A stretch of 64,000 nucleotides of DNA, taken from assembly GCA_026026165.1 (NCBI GenBank), contig JAPEUD010000028.1, positions 124,001 through 188,000 on the forward strand. Direction: 5' to 3'. Below the pieces are notes generated by a model. The model did no database searches. It saw nothing but the letters and a program-made list of their open reading frames with translations, and was not told the DNA's origin. Every line of letters starts with the position of its first letter. The stretch's first letter is position 1. Shown here one piece after another: positions 23,760-35,830 of this stretch. The position numbers and the translations under genes are program-made. The stretch is from Sarea resinae. Lineage: Eukaryota.

Positions 23760-25320
23760 GGGGGGAAGGGGGGGAAGACTGACGTTGGTGCACAAGACAC
23801 GGCATCAACTATAACAACAACGATGACTATCACAACTATCACAACAATGACAACTATAACAATCTCAACAATCACAACAGTGTTAGCAGTAATATCAGTG
23901 ATATCAGTGACATCAGCAACGTCAGAGAAGTCAGCGACGTTCAGCAACGTCAGGGACATTCAGGGACGTTCAGAGAGGATAGCCAAGTCTATAGAGTAGG
24001 CACATAGTAAAGACAGTGACGATAGTGACGATAGTACAGTACTACAATACACTGTAATACACTATATAAAGAGAGATATCTAGACTAGTATCCTGTTTAC
24101 ACTATATAGCGTCTGTCTACATAGTACTATCTTATCACAAAGATTGTATATCTAAAAAACCCTAAAAGAATTACATAAGATAGAGAGAGAGAGAGATATA
24201 TATATATATATACAAACTAAACCTTAAAGATATATAATATACAAGCTCTACTAGCAAGCTCTACTACTACCTAGAAAGCATATATAAAAGTTTTATCTTA
24301 CAGATAAAAATAAAGTAAAGGAACTATAATACTTTATAAACGAGGTTTTTCTTATTATATACCTCCTATATACTTAGATGCCGAGATATATTACTTTATA
24401 GACTATAGTAGAAGAAAAAAAATCCGTCATCTATTATTTGTAAAGATATGAATTTAGCTAGTGTAGCTTTAATTTTATCTTCAATGAGCCTAGCTTGACT
24501 TAGCTTAACTTAGCTTTGTCTTAGCAGGTCTACGCAGGAGGTAAGGAGGTCCTAAGGTAGCGCTTCTCCTTATTCTTCTTCTTACACTTTACACTTTACA
24601 CTCGTTATTTCTTCCTTCTCTTTCTTTCTTCTTCTCTTCTTTCTTCTTCTTCTTCTTCCTCTTTCTTTTCTTTCTTTCTTTCTTCTTTTTCCTCTTTCCT
24701 CTCTTTTCTCTTTCTTTCTTCTTTATATCTAAGGTAAGTAGGTAGGTAGGTAGGTAGGCAGGTAGGTAGGTAGGTAGGCAGGTAGGTAGGCAGGTAGGTA
24801 GGTAGGTAGAGTCTTTTAGGGAAAAGATTAAAACTTAGTGTTACTACTAGTAGATAGGCTAGGGTATAAGAGACTAAAGGAGAGAGAATTAGAAGAGAGT
24901 AATGTAAAAGACTAGAGAAGAGAAGAGAGAAGAGAAGAGAGAAGAGAAGAGAAGAGAGAAGAGAAGAGAAGAGAGAAGAGAAGAGAAGAGAGAAGAGAAG
25001 AGAAGAGAGAAGAGAAGAGAGAAGAGAAGAGAAGAGGAGACAGGATTAGAAGAGAGTAGTATAGATTTGGGGAGGCTATACTAGACTAGACTAGACTAGA
25101 GGAGAGTAGACTAGGTGGTGTAGACTACATAGTGTAGATTTTGCACAGAGAGAGACAGAGAGAGAGAGAAAGAGAGAGAGAGCCTAAATGTTGATTTCTC
25201 TGTTTAGATACTATTCTCATCCTCATCCTCCTCCCCCTTCTTCTCCTTATCCTCCTTTTCTTCCCTCTCCTTCTTCTGCTGCTCCTCTCTCCTTTTCTGC
25301 TCCAGCCTAGTCAACTCTAG
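23760..25320. repeat. Microsatellite/AT-rich island 2: (ACA/ACT)n, (GA)n/(TA)n, polypyrimidine tract ~24605-24725, (GGTA/GGCA)n ~24740-24808, 12-bp (AGAAGAGAAGAG)n ~24915-25035, (CTAGA)n
   Basis: Directly visible; strongly TpA-enriched and CpA/TpG-poor by eye. Confidence 0.9.
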
Positions 25321-25331
25321 TCTGCTATACT

Positions 25332-27953
25332 CTAAAACGAAGTAAAGAGGCGGTCGCGGCGCGAGTTGCGAGCCCAGACGATCATCTAAAACCGCACCCG
25401 GCGGAGATGAGTAAGAGATCTTACAACTGCTCAGAAAGTACTCACCTTGCCCTGCCCGCCGTCGTCGACATGACGCACCGGATCCAGCTCGCCGCTGCAG
25501 TTGCCCAACTCAATCAGCCGCCCCGCAGACGTGCGGATCTCCAAGCATCGGAGCCCGCGAATGTCCCAAAACTCCTCCGAGGGCGGTGGCTCGTACCGGG
25601 CCGTGTAGCGGATCGAGATCATGTGCTCTCCGGGAGCAAAGTGCACGTGTTGGGAGCTGTCGCTGCCAACCTTGCCATTGCTCTTCCAGTCGTCAGCGCC
25701 GGCGACGTAATCCCCGAGGATGCGAGGCAGCGTCGTCGCCGACGCGGCGTAGTACCACTTCATGCCTAGAATCCTCCCCGACATGGGATTGAGGGCTAAG
25801 GAGATCGTCTTGACACCGGATACATATGCGGCCGAGAGGGAGAGACCATAGTAGTCGGGATCGATGCACCAGCCCGGACAAGGTATGGTGACTATGCGGG
25901 GTGCGTCGACGGCTTTGGATACAAACTGAGGCGGTGCTGACGACGAAGACCCAGGCTTCCTAGTGATGTAGCCCAGGGCTTGCAGACTGGTGAGGCCGTC
26001 ACTTGGATATTCCAGACCGCGCAGAATGCCGTAGAGGCCGACTATGCATGCATCCTGGAAATCCGCAGGGGCTGTGACGGCCTTTCGTAAGTGGTCGTTG
26101 GTAAAGACGAGTACGCGGTGCGCATTTGTACGTAGCTATGTCGTGCTTTAGCTTGAATTCCTCCAGAGGCGCGAGAAAGCTTGCCTCGACACGGATGACC
26201 CCTATTCTCGTACTTTGGATGTGTATACCCGTGATTGTCTCCCCGCTTGGGCCATCAAACACCTCGCATTGGCGCGTTCCATAACAGCAGCCTAAGCGCG
26301 TCGTTGATCCTGTACGGTGTACGAATTCGAGGCCAGTGAGGCCGTATTTCGGGTAAATGAAGAAGGCGTTGATTTGAACGAGGTCGCATGAGATCTCTTC
26401 CTCGGAATCGTGGCATTCGCAGATGCTGACGCGGTGAACGGGACCGAATTTCTCCTCTTCACGATCTAGCTGATCGAGGAAGAAAGACTCGTTCATCATG
26501 TAGCCATCGAGTGACGGCAAAGGGGAAGGTATCCACATCACCGGCCAATCGCGCACGGAGAGCTGAGTTGGCGGAAGAGGTGACATGTCGTGAGCCGCAG
26601 GCGGATTCCCAGGCAAACGACATTTCTTGATCTGGATGCCGGATAATTTGAAACCCTAAGATCGTGTAAGAAGCTACACAAGGTCAATACAAGCTATTGC
26701 TCACATCAAACTGGACAAGCAACTCGTCCCCTCGCGTGAACGGGATGCGGCCTGCACTTGTGTTTGGCTCGTCCTTGCGGCCTGCGAATACCTCGTGGCC
26801 CTGACCGTCGGAGAACCCTAGACCGACAAATCCATTCTCATACCCAGCGAGTAGAAGATGGTTGAAGGAGTCGCTCAAAGGGAGCTGATAATGCCATTCG
26901 CCATACTTGAAGCCAGCACCTTGATCATCTTCAAGTAAAAAACCAGTAATGAAAGATGACCGGCCAATGTTCATCAATGTCAGTCGGAGCGAAGGTGCCC
27001 GCAACGGCAAGGAAAACGAGCCGCTCCAGGGTACCTTCTCTCGAGGAGCAGTAGGACCATTCGCCCGGCCAAGCTCGGTCCTGGAAGAAAGGATCTCATC
27101 GAAGCGGCATGCTGATCGATAGATCCGGTCCAAGTTCCTCAAAGACTTCACGACAGGCCCCTCACCTCGACGCAGGATTTGCTTCAAGTGCCTGTATTGC
27201 ACCTCAGGGTCTTTGACGACGGATCCCTTTACGAAACGAAGCCAGGGAAGGTCCAAGGAGATCCGTTCTCTCCAAAAGGCTGGCGGCAGATCAACACGTG
27301 ACGCCGCAACACTTACACGTCTGAGAATCCCAATAGCTGGGGTGGGTAAGAAGTCGAGAATGCCTCGAATAACTTCTCCCGGCAATTTGAAGAGGTCGTC
27401 TTGGAAGCTTCTGCTGCTTTCGATCCGGCGGTCCTGAGGGACCCATTCCGTTTCGTATGCCGGCATGTCCTCCCAGGACGCGCCCATCGGATCGGCGTAA
27501 ACATAGGATCCAGAACGCGGGTTAGGAAGATGCCTGACGTGAGTGCCCCACAGCTCAGCGTGGTCCTCGACATCAGTCCCTTCGAATCGTACGTGCGTGG
27601 GTATCGACAACACAAAATCAAAGAGCGCAAGCGGCACCCCCTCAGTCACCGAGGTCAAGACTTGCATACAACATGCGTGATGACCAAGGGTAACGGAGCC
27701 GTCCTCCTGCAGTCCCGGAGGATATGGCAAGTCGTAGGGCAAGTCAGGGACAGTTTGTTCCACGTCTGCACCATTTCTTCGCGCTTTCGCCGCTCTTAGC
27801 TATTCAGAGACTTGAGAGCGGGCGGGTGGGCATCTGTTGCTTACCACTACACATGTATTCACACCAGGCGGGAAATCCAGAGGTTCGAGTCATGCGGATG
27901 CCGCAGAGATTACATGTCATCAGGTCCATCCCAACACGGACCGTATGGGACAT
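25332..27953 (-). CDS. F-box domain protein with repeated beta-rich (jacalin-like) C-terminal modules, multi-exon
   Basis: N-terminal CNLCG; GHHACCMQV; F-box-like DLFKLPGEVIRGILDFLP...LRRVS...FWRERISLDLPWL; repeated modules ITGFLL/GLTGLEF...RLG...FDGPSGETITGIH/IRGLRCLEIRTS..G. Both termini and several splice sites are uncertain. Confidence 0.6.
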
Positions 27954-28406
27954 TGGGAATGCGACCACTGCAGTGATCTTGAGCTCAATCAAAATGGGCG
28001 GAAGGCGAGGTAGCACGCCAGAGAAGGGTGTTTGTTCCTGAGACGACGAGCGTTCTCAAGATACAGAAACGTGGACCTGATCGTGGCGTTTCATGACGAT
28101 AGTGGCATCAACGTTCTCGGAGCATATGCCATGTAGGAGCATGTAGGGGCATGATCCAGAAATACATGCCTGGATGCACTGCCTCCCAGTGTTGCATCCC
28201 GCTCAAGGCAGCAAGACAAGCGGATTAGTAGGCTGTCAACTGATGCCATCACTCGGCTCGGTCTGTCGAGCTCGGCAAAGATAAGCAGTCCCCGATAGCA
28301 TTACAGCATCATCCGGTAGAGCAGCAACAGAGCTGCACCTGCACCTGCACCTCCAGCTCCCAGACCAGCCATATATCCACCTCCCTCGAGCGAGGCCGTA
28401 GCCAAC

Positions 28407-30007
28407 ATGGACGGGTCAGTCATGTACTTTTTCTGCATCATCACCCTCCCCATGAACTAGCCCACTAACATCTCATCATGTTCATCAGCTCCCTCTTCCG
28501 CCAGCCCTCGTACTCAAGCTACCTGCCTCGCTACGAACATGAACTGCCCTTGCTCAAGCCATCTCAGCAGCACCGAACCTCCCTCCCCACCTCTCCCAGC
28601 CGCGGCCTCTCCAAGAGCCTGGCCGTTCCGACCCCAGCGGCAGTCATGATGTCCCAAAGCTACAGCTCCCACCAGGATCCTTTGCTCGCTCTCGAGCGGA
28701 AAGAGAAGCAGCTGCAACAGGACCTCCAGACGCTTCTCGATGCCCAAGGCGAAGGTCTGATGGTCGGCCTGGCGGGCGGCCCGTCAGGCGACAGCACCAG
28801 GAGCACGTCCACAAGCCCTTCCTCGCGACATCGGTCTTCCTCCCGAACGACGACGCCCGTGCGGCAGCCCGTCCAAGGTCGCATATCTCTGCGCGCAGCC
28901 CGCCGAGGAATCCTCGACGCGATGAACGAGCTCGCAGCCGTCAAGGATGAGGAAAGCCACCACTACGACGAGACACACGCGCTGAGGCAAGAAGTGCTAG
29001 CGCAAGTTGCTGGATGGGAAAGGAAAAAGGATGGCCTGCAGCACGAGATAGAAGATATCGAGACCGGCACCGAGGGCAAAAGAGTGCAGTCCTTGAAACA
29101 AGAATCTCACAGCGTCCGCCTCGAGATCCGAGAGCTGGAGAACCGACTAGCGGAGATGCGAGCAAGAGACCGCGCCTTGACGGGCCAGATCGCCGAGCTC
29201 GAGAACTCGGTGCAGTCGAAACTTTCCTCGTACGAAAGCTCGCTGTCGATACTGGATTCGCAAGTCCAGTCCTTCCTGGCGCGTCCGCCCATTCAGCCAT
29301 TACCTCACCACAAAAAATCGACCTTTCTCTCCCTGCACCCGGCACGGCGCACGTTGGAGCTCGCCAAAGACCATTGGAAAGCCGAGCAGGATTTCCTAAC
29401 CACCAAGCGTGCAGAGGCCGAGACAGAGAGGGGCGCCCTCGAAGACGGCGCGGCAGTCTGGAACGAGGTCGCTACCGAGGTAACGGCATTTGAGAAGTCG
29501 TTGCGCGACGAGATGAGACGGATGGGATCTTCGAAGTCAAGAGATCAGAACAATAGCCAGGCAGGGCAGCCAGGGGAAGACGGCATCCATTCGCTTGTTC
29601 GCCAAATGGACGCCATCATCCCGCGGATAGAAAGCAAACTCGATCTCGCAGCAGACAAAGAGTGGAACCTCCTCGTGTGCTGCATCGGCGCGGAACTAGA
29701 AGCCTTCCGAGAAGGCCGAGACATCCTCGTGAACGCGCTCAAGACCTCGACCGGATCTGCTTCTGTCGACGATGGAACGCACAGTGATGGGAGTACTCCC
29801 CGAGGGGCCCAAGAGAGAGAGAGCGACGGGCTGAAACTCGTCGAGGACCATGTTGACGATGACACCGGCGATGCGCCGCCGAGTGAATTCCACCAGAGCC
29901 ATAGTCAAGGCGACAAGTCTGAATACGAAGACGACGATGAGCCCGACCCGGAGCTCCTGATCTCTCATCAAGATACCGGCGATGGCGACGCGGAGCCCCA
30001 TTTCTGA
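28407..30007 (+). CDS. atg28: Atg28-like coiled-coil autophagy/pexophagy protein
   Basis: ATG GAC GG|intron 28415-28488 (CTAAC branch) joins the ORF in frame. DPLLALERKEKQLQQDLQTLLDAQGEGL, ISLRAARRGI, ENSVQSKLSSY, WNLLVCCIGAELEAFREG, and C-terminal EPDPELL. Confidence 0.7.
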
Positions 30008-30417
30008 TCATCTGTCGAGCTGCTTCAACAACTCGTTTCGGCTACCTTGGTAGACCGTATGCTTATTTTGGTTTCGATCCGACGGACGAGTGGATCTCGC
30101 GTTGGGTCGCGGAGACTATATACCCTTTTGGCTTGAGTTTTACATTGGTGTTGCAGATGAGAGAGATGAGACGGCAAAGAGGAAGCAGGGAACATTTCAT
30201 AGGGCGTACACTGTAGCGCCGTATAATATAATCGGGATAATCTACAAGAATTCCTTATACCCATCCCTTATATCCCCTATACCCATTCCATCAACCCCAT
30301 GTAAAACACCCCTATTCCCAATCTCGTAGCAGCACATCTCCTAGACTTTTGGAACTAACCCTAAGGTACCTACCGTACTAGAGGTATGGATGTGAAAGGT
30401 CGAGGTGGCCTTACCTA

Positions 30418-30955
30418 GGCACCTCCATAGGTACGCTACGTAGGTACAGATTTTGGGAGCGCAGGTAGGAGGGTAGACGTTCGACGATAAATGCCAAAAA
30501 CTAAAAGACCTCCAGCTATTTCGTCCGCAGTTGCGGACCAACGGAGACGTTCGACGATAAATGCCAGATACTCGAAAAGCCCACGTCCGTGGTTGCGGGC
30601 AACTTGGCGCGGACCAAACAGAGACGTTCGACGATAAATGTCAGAAACTCGAGTTACGAAAAGCTTTCAGGTAAGGCACCTCCCTCTATACGCTATAGAT
30701 TTGGGAGCGCAGGTAGGAGGGTAGACGTTCGACGATATTGTGACTGAAACTTGAAAGGCCCTTTCGCCCGCAGTTGCGGACCAAATGAGACGTTCAACGA
30801 TAAACGTCAGAAACTCGAAAAGCCCACATCCGCAGTTGCGGACCAAATGAGACGTCCGACGATAATTGCCTGAAGCCCGAAAAGCCCGTCTTTGGTTGCG
30901 GACAACCTGGCGCGTACCGACAGAGACGTTCGACGATAATTGTCAGAAACTCAAA
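30418..30955. repeat. Degenerate tandem array of 7 units with core AGACGTTCGACGATAA and a GTCCGCAGTTGCGGAC hairpin
   Basis: Core starts at 30475, 30545, 30622, 30723, 30788, 30850 and 30924. A higher-order duplication begins at about 30418 and 30675. Confidence 0.9.
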
Positions 30956-31496
30956 GACGATTCCGTGCCGTGAAAGTTTGGGTATCAATAAGTAACGTAA
31001 GGTAATGCTCGACGCAGCCAACATCGAAGTACTAGGTAAGGTAGGATAGCCTCGACGATAATGCACGCGGCCGGCGGCGCTAATCATACTGCCTGTATAG
31101 CGATTCCAATAACGACCGCAACAACAATGGATGGGAATAGAATTGACCGCCACCTCTTAAAAAACGCTGCAACTCGGTGCCGTGTCTGGATGAATCACTC
31201 GGACGTAATGTACTCAAACAGGAAGCGTCGAAAAAGGCAAAGGAAAGAAAACGATGATAATGATGACTCGGAAATAGCTTTCCTCCAAACAGCCGGCCAG
31301 CCACCAACGCCCGCTTTTCACATCCAACAACAAATGCGCACTTGAACAGAGAGATGCTCGCTCGAGCTCTAGAACCCACAGAACAGTCGACTTTACCTCC
31401 ACTTTCATACTCCACGCTCGCCTGCCTGGACTTTTCGAATCTAATACCAAAGTTCCGCTTCGCAACCGTGTTCAGTAACGGATACAGTCACTTGAC

Positions 31497-33863
31497 TCAC
31501 ATCTTGACCCCCCAGATACCTCTCCCGCCGCTCACACCCAACCATTCGTCTCCGGTACTGTTCATAGAGCTATGACTCGCCCAGCTTATATTACTGACTT
31601 CGTAATCACATCGCCAACTTGCGGCAGGACCTCTCCCATTATCTGCGGCAGTCGTCGCAGCTGGTGCGCCGCCCGCTTGTTGACCTTGTCCATGGCCGCC
31701 ACCATTTATAGGAGCAGCAGGAGGGGGAGCAACAGTAGAATTAGAGGAGTTGAGAAGATCCCAAATGAGCACCAGTGAGTCGTCGGCGCCGGAGGCTAGG
31801 GTACCTCGGCGGGAAGGGGACCACTCAATGCAGTTGATCGAGGCAGCGTGGCCACGTAATTCGAGGAGCGCTTGGCCTGGTTGACGGACGTCGAGGATAC
31901 GAATAACGTTTGAGTCCTGGGAGAAGGTGGCGAGGAGGTGAGCGTCGTGGGGGGATGCTGTTGACCGATTTGGTTAGCTTGTGTAAACTATGTTGGCAGG
32001 ACGGAGATATCTACCAGCAAGTCGAAGTAATGGAGGGGCGTATGTCATTGTTTGATGGTTGCCCGGTGGTCCTGAGGTGTCGGGGCTCGTTACTACAGAA
32101 CAGTCAGTTTGCGTGCTTGGCATGGACATTCGGGTCCTGACCTTTATCAGTCTTTTCGGATGGCTCGTATATAATAGTACTATGTTCCAGACTTCTCAAG
32201 TCAAACATCCTGACGCTACCGTCGGCACCGCAACTGACAAAGACATCGACGCTATTCGCACAGAACCTGACATCAAACACCTCTTTGTCGTGTGCAATGA
32301 GTTGTGTTTTTGCTGTCAATGTAGGGATATCCCATATCGTGCAAGTCGTGTCGATACTCGACGTAATAATGAGACTGGGTGACAGAGTATTCCAGTCTAG
32401 GGAGGTCAACGGAGCGGTATGTTCGGGAGATTTGGAGTTGGAGAGAAGCGCCAGTGGGGTCAGCTTTTGTACGGGCTGATCTTTGCTGTTTGTCGACCGA
32501 GTGATTGAATTGCTTGTGTTTGAGGAGGGCGTTGTGGGTAATGACCACAGCCTAAGATGGTCACCAGATGTTGCTAGTAGATCTGTGCTCTGTTTCTGAG
32601 AGGACGGTGGTTCCCATAATATCCTCGTGACAGGATATGAATGCGTTGCTTCTGCCACCTTGTTGAATTCGATGCCAAAGTTAGGCCCTGGAACTGGAGA
32701 TGACTCTGACGGCGATTGAGGTTTAAGTTCGGTGTCAAGTATTTGTATCTACCAATGTCAGTGATTATACCAAATTTCCGTGCGCTTTGTGGATGTCTTA
32801 CAAAATTATGGCCGTCCTCTAGGTAACTACCTACAGCAATCTTTCCAGCACTGTTGTTACCGTTCAGTTGCTGCGCTGGCCATTTGCACCAATCAAATGC
32901 ATAAGTAGCCCAAGGCGCCATATAATTGCAATTAGTCGCTATAGGTTGCAGTGGCTCGTATGAGAATGGATTTGCGCTCGTCGGCTCCGACATTCCTGAA
33001 TCGGCCCGTGGCCTAATATCGGATAGGCCAAGTGGAGAATTTGAAGCACCGCCATGAGGTGTCCGTGGGTAATTGTATTTTTGCGACGGCGGCGAGGTGA
33101 ACTCGGGGGTATTTGAAAAGGGCGAATACTTTGGCTGCTCGATACCGGCAGGACTTGACCGCGAATGGCTGTGCAAATGGTTCATGGTAGTGGACCCTGA
33201 AGGCGAATTATATTGCTGACTGTTGCTCGAGAGTTGCGGTATTGTCGGCACGGCAGAAGGAGCAGTGTTGGTAGAAGACGGGACCGGTCTGTTAGGGTTG
33301 CCAGGTTGGAGAGCTCCAGGGAGACTGTTGCCAGAGGAAGTGTTGGAGAATTGAGAGTGCTGAGGAGTCGCCTGCTGGAGGTTGATCCCTGGCGCGCCAT
33401 TGCCAGGATACTCATCATGCGGCAGAGATGCTTGCAGGCGGCTAGCTTGGTGCGATGATTGGGGGGTATGAGGATCGATTGCGGTATTGGCTGATGGGAT
33501 ATGCAATTCGTCCGACTGTCGACCAATTGTGGGAGCTCTTCGTGGGGTGTGATAAGGCTGTGAGTATGCAGAAGTAAACGATTGCGAGTCTGATGGAGTA
33601 CTGAGAGCTCCTGGCCCTGGTAATCCCGAACCGACTGGTGGTGCGGTTGATCCCCCGCTGCCCGACCCCGACAACGTCGTCCCACTCAAGTAGGGATTCG
33701 TGGAAACGGTACTCGACGTGGCAGACCGAAGACTACCACTCGGAGCACCGATCGAGCCCAGTGCTTGTGTGGCTTGATAGATGCCACTGGCGGCACCAGG
33801 TTGGTTCTGAGGGGCATCCTGATAAGATCCCGACGGGGAATGATGATGACCATGGAAGGGCAT
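31497..33863 (-). CDS. DCAF7/WDR68/AN11-like WD40 protein (yeast Ypl247c family) with a long low-complexity N-terminus
   Basis: YPVTRILWEP, DLLATSGDHLRLW, APLTSLDWN, SSIDTTCTIWD, KTQLIAHDKEVFDVRF, GADGSVRMFDLRSLEHSTIIYE, ASGADDSLVLIWDL. At least 3 introns. Confidence 0.93.
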
Positions 33864-34537
33864 GATGGGGAGTAATGTACGATGCTGCCGCGCTTCGGCG
33901 AAGCTTCAACACGACGCAGACAGCTCCTCTGATTCCCTGGACGTGCTGGTGGTGGCGGCGGCGGTGGTGGTGATGATGATAATGGGGAAATGGGTTGAGC
34001 GATTGGGTTTCGGGATTGTGCTCCAGCTGTCTTGAGGCTTAGTCAGTCAAAGTTGAATAAGGTAGGTAGCCGGGCAGTCAGAAACAAGGTCAAAAACAAG
34101 GGACCGGACCACAACCAGTACGCACATACGGAGTAGCAGTACATAGCTTCAGGTACAGTATGGCTGGGAGTTGTTGGGCTGAGTGCCAGCAATTTGACGG
34201 GGCGCCCGACCTACTGCGTACCTGGTAAGGCAAGGTAGGTACCTCAGGTAAGGAGGGACCGGTGATGAATCGACGCGAAGCACCCGAAGGCATAGAGACG
34301 TAGTAGGTACTTCGTGTAAACACCTGTGATAGCGGGGCACCTGTTCTCAAGTTCTGAACAGTCAAATTGTCAATAGTAACAATACCGTTGTCTCTGCGAC
34401 GCCAACTGGAAGATTGCTAGAGTCTTCTTCTTATCTCGAGCTTCTTTTACTGGCATAGTCTTGATTCTCTTGTATGAGCCTGCCCAGACTTCCGTACGCC
34501 TGTCTCTCCTGTCTCTCCGATCCATCAGTCTTCTGCA

Positions 34538-35830
34538 ATGCAATCCGAAGTGTCTCCCCCGCCTCTTTCGCTTTTGCTCCTACCACCGCCGCCATCCCCA
34601 CCTTCTTTCCCAGCTCTAGAAGCAGCTTATGGTCCAACACTGCGTGTCGCTCTCTCGCGAGTAGCATCTGCCGTCGAGAAATCTTCACAAGCGGCGGTGC
34701 TGGAAATTGCTCTGCCGTGTCCACATCTTTTTCGTCAGCTCTACGCCCCTCGGGGTCGACTGTATCATCGGACACAAGAGTTGGTTGCCAGAATCTACAA
34801 ACTGATATGCATCATCTGTGCCAAAAATGCCATTGATGTTGATCAGATTGGTGGGGTCGATGCCCGAATTCTTATCCTTGCCCATGGCAGAGATCAGACA
34901 TTTAGTGATGACGGAGAGCGAATCTCGCCTCGAGAAGTGCTTCAAGGTCCGATCATCGACCTCCCTACTTTGGCCTTTTCTCGCCGACCATGGAAGAGAA
35001 TCTATGCTGCAGAGAGCGAGCAAGGCGAGAAAATTTTGAGAAGCTTTCTCAGCCTCACACGTCGCGTGCCCGGAAGAAAAGGCTTGGGTATGAGCGTTGA
35101 AAGAGTTCGTGGTGGCACAGGCATGGTGTCGCAAAGTGACCAACTGCCGACTGATGGCACGGAGAGTAGTAATGGCCATCAAAAGCATTTATCCGTAGCT
35201 GTTGGAGGAACCTTCGATCATCTACATGCGGGCCATAAACTTCTTCTGACTATGACTGCATTCATGTTGGAACCATCATTTAGCAGCGAAGGCGTAGGGC
35301 CGGAGAGAAGGGTTATTGTTGGCATCACTGGAGATGAGCTTCTCAAGAATAAGAAATTTGCTCAATACCTCGAAAGCTGGGAAGAGCGCAAAGCTGCAGC
35401 AACGGAGTTTTTGGCGTCAGTCATCGAGTTTTTACCATCTGAGGAGCAATCACCTCACGTCGAGCGTCTGTCTGGAGAGGGCCCCAACGGCAACGTTGTT
35501 AAGACGAGTTTAAGTCGAAATCTAGTTGTGGAGTGTGTGGAATTGTCCGATCCTTTCGGGCCCACCATCACAGATCCATCAATCTCAGCACTCGTTGTAT
35601 CTGGTGAGACTCGATCCGGAGGGAAAGCAATCAACGACAAAAGGGGAGGGAAAGGGTGGCAGGACTTAGAGGTCCTCGAGGTCGATGTGCTCGATGCTGA
35701 AGATGAGAGTACCGGCGCGGAGAGCGGCACAACATCATTTGCCGACAATTATCAATCGAAGATTAGCAGTACGGGCATCCGCCAAAGGATGAGCGAGAAA
35801 GGCGCTGCCATCACCGAGAATGGCCAATGA
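34538..35830 (+). CDS. cab4: Phosphopantetheine adenylyltransferase (Cab4-like, cytidylyltransferase family)
   Basis: VAVGGTFDHLHAGHKLLL (HxGH), VGITGDELLKNKK, LSDPFGPTITD, ALVVSGETRSGGKAIN.KR, KISSTGIR. Confidence 0.85.
   Translation: MQSEVSPPPLSLLLLPPPPSPPSFPALEAAYGPTLRVALSRVASAVEKSSQAAVLEIALPCPHLFRQLYAPRGRLYHRTQELVARIYKLICIICAKNAIDVDQIGGVDARILILAHGRDQTFSDDGERISPREVLQGPIIDLPTLAFSRRPWKRIYAAESEQGEKILRSFLSLTRRVPGRKGLGMSVERVRGGTGMVSQSDQLPTDGTESSNGHQKHLSVAVGGTFDHLHAGHKLLLTMTAFMLEPSFSSEGVGPERRVIVGITGDELLKNKKFAQYLESWEERKAAATEFLASVIEFLPSEEQSPHVERLSGEGPNGNVVKTSLSRNLVVECVELSDPFGPTITDPSISALVVSGETRSGGKAINDKRGGKGWQDLEVLEVDVLDAEDESTGAESGTTSFADNYQSKISSTGIRQRMSEKGAAITENGQ

Noticed and set aside
23447..23999. 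Hydrophobic Val/Ile- and Thr-rich ORFs resembling membrane proteins
   Set aside because: Translations of trinucleotide microsatellites.
24000..24500. RIP-degraded transposon relic
   Set aside because: AT-rich, but no terminal repeats, target-site duplications or transposase/RT remnants are recognisable.
30356..30364. TAACCCTAA telomere-like word beside the repeat array
   Set aside because: Only 1.5 units; expected by chance.
30475..30940. CRISPR array (conserved repeat with variable spacers)
   Set aside because: The intervening sequences are homologous to each other, spacing is irregular, the genome is eukaryotic and no cas genes are present. Kept as an unexplained repeat.
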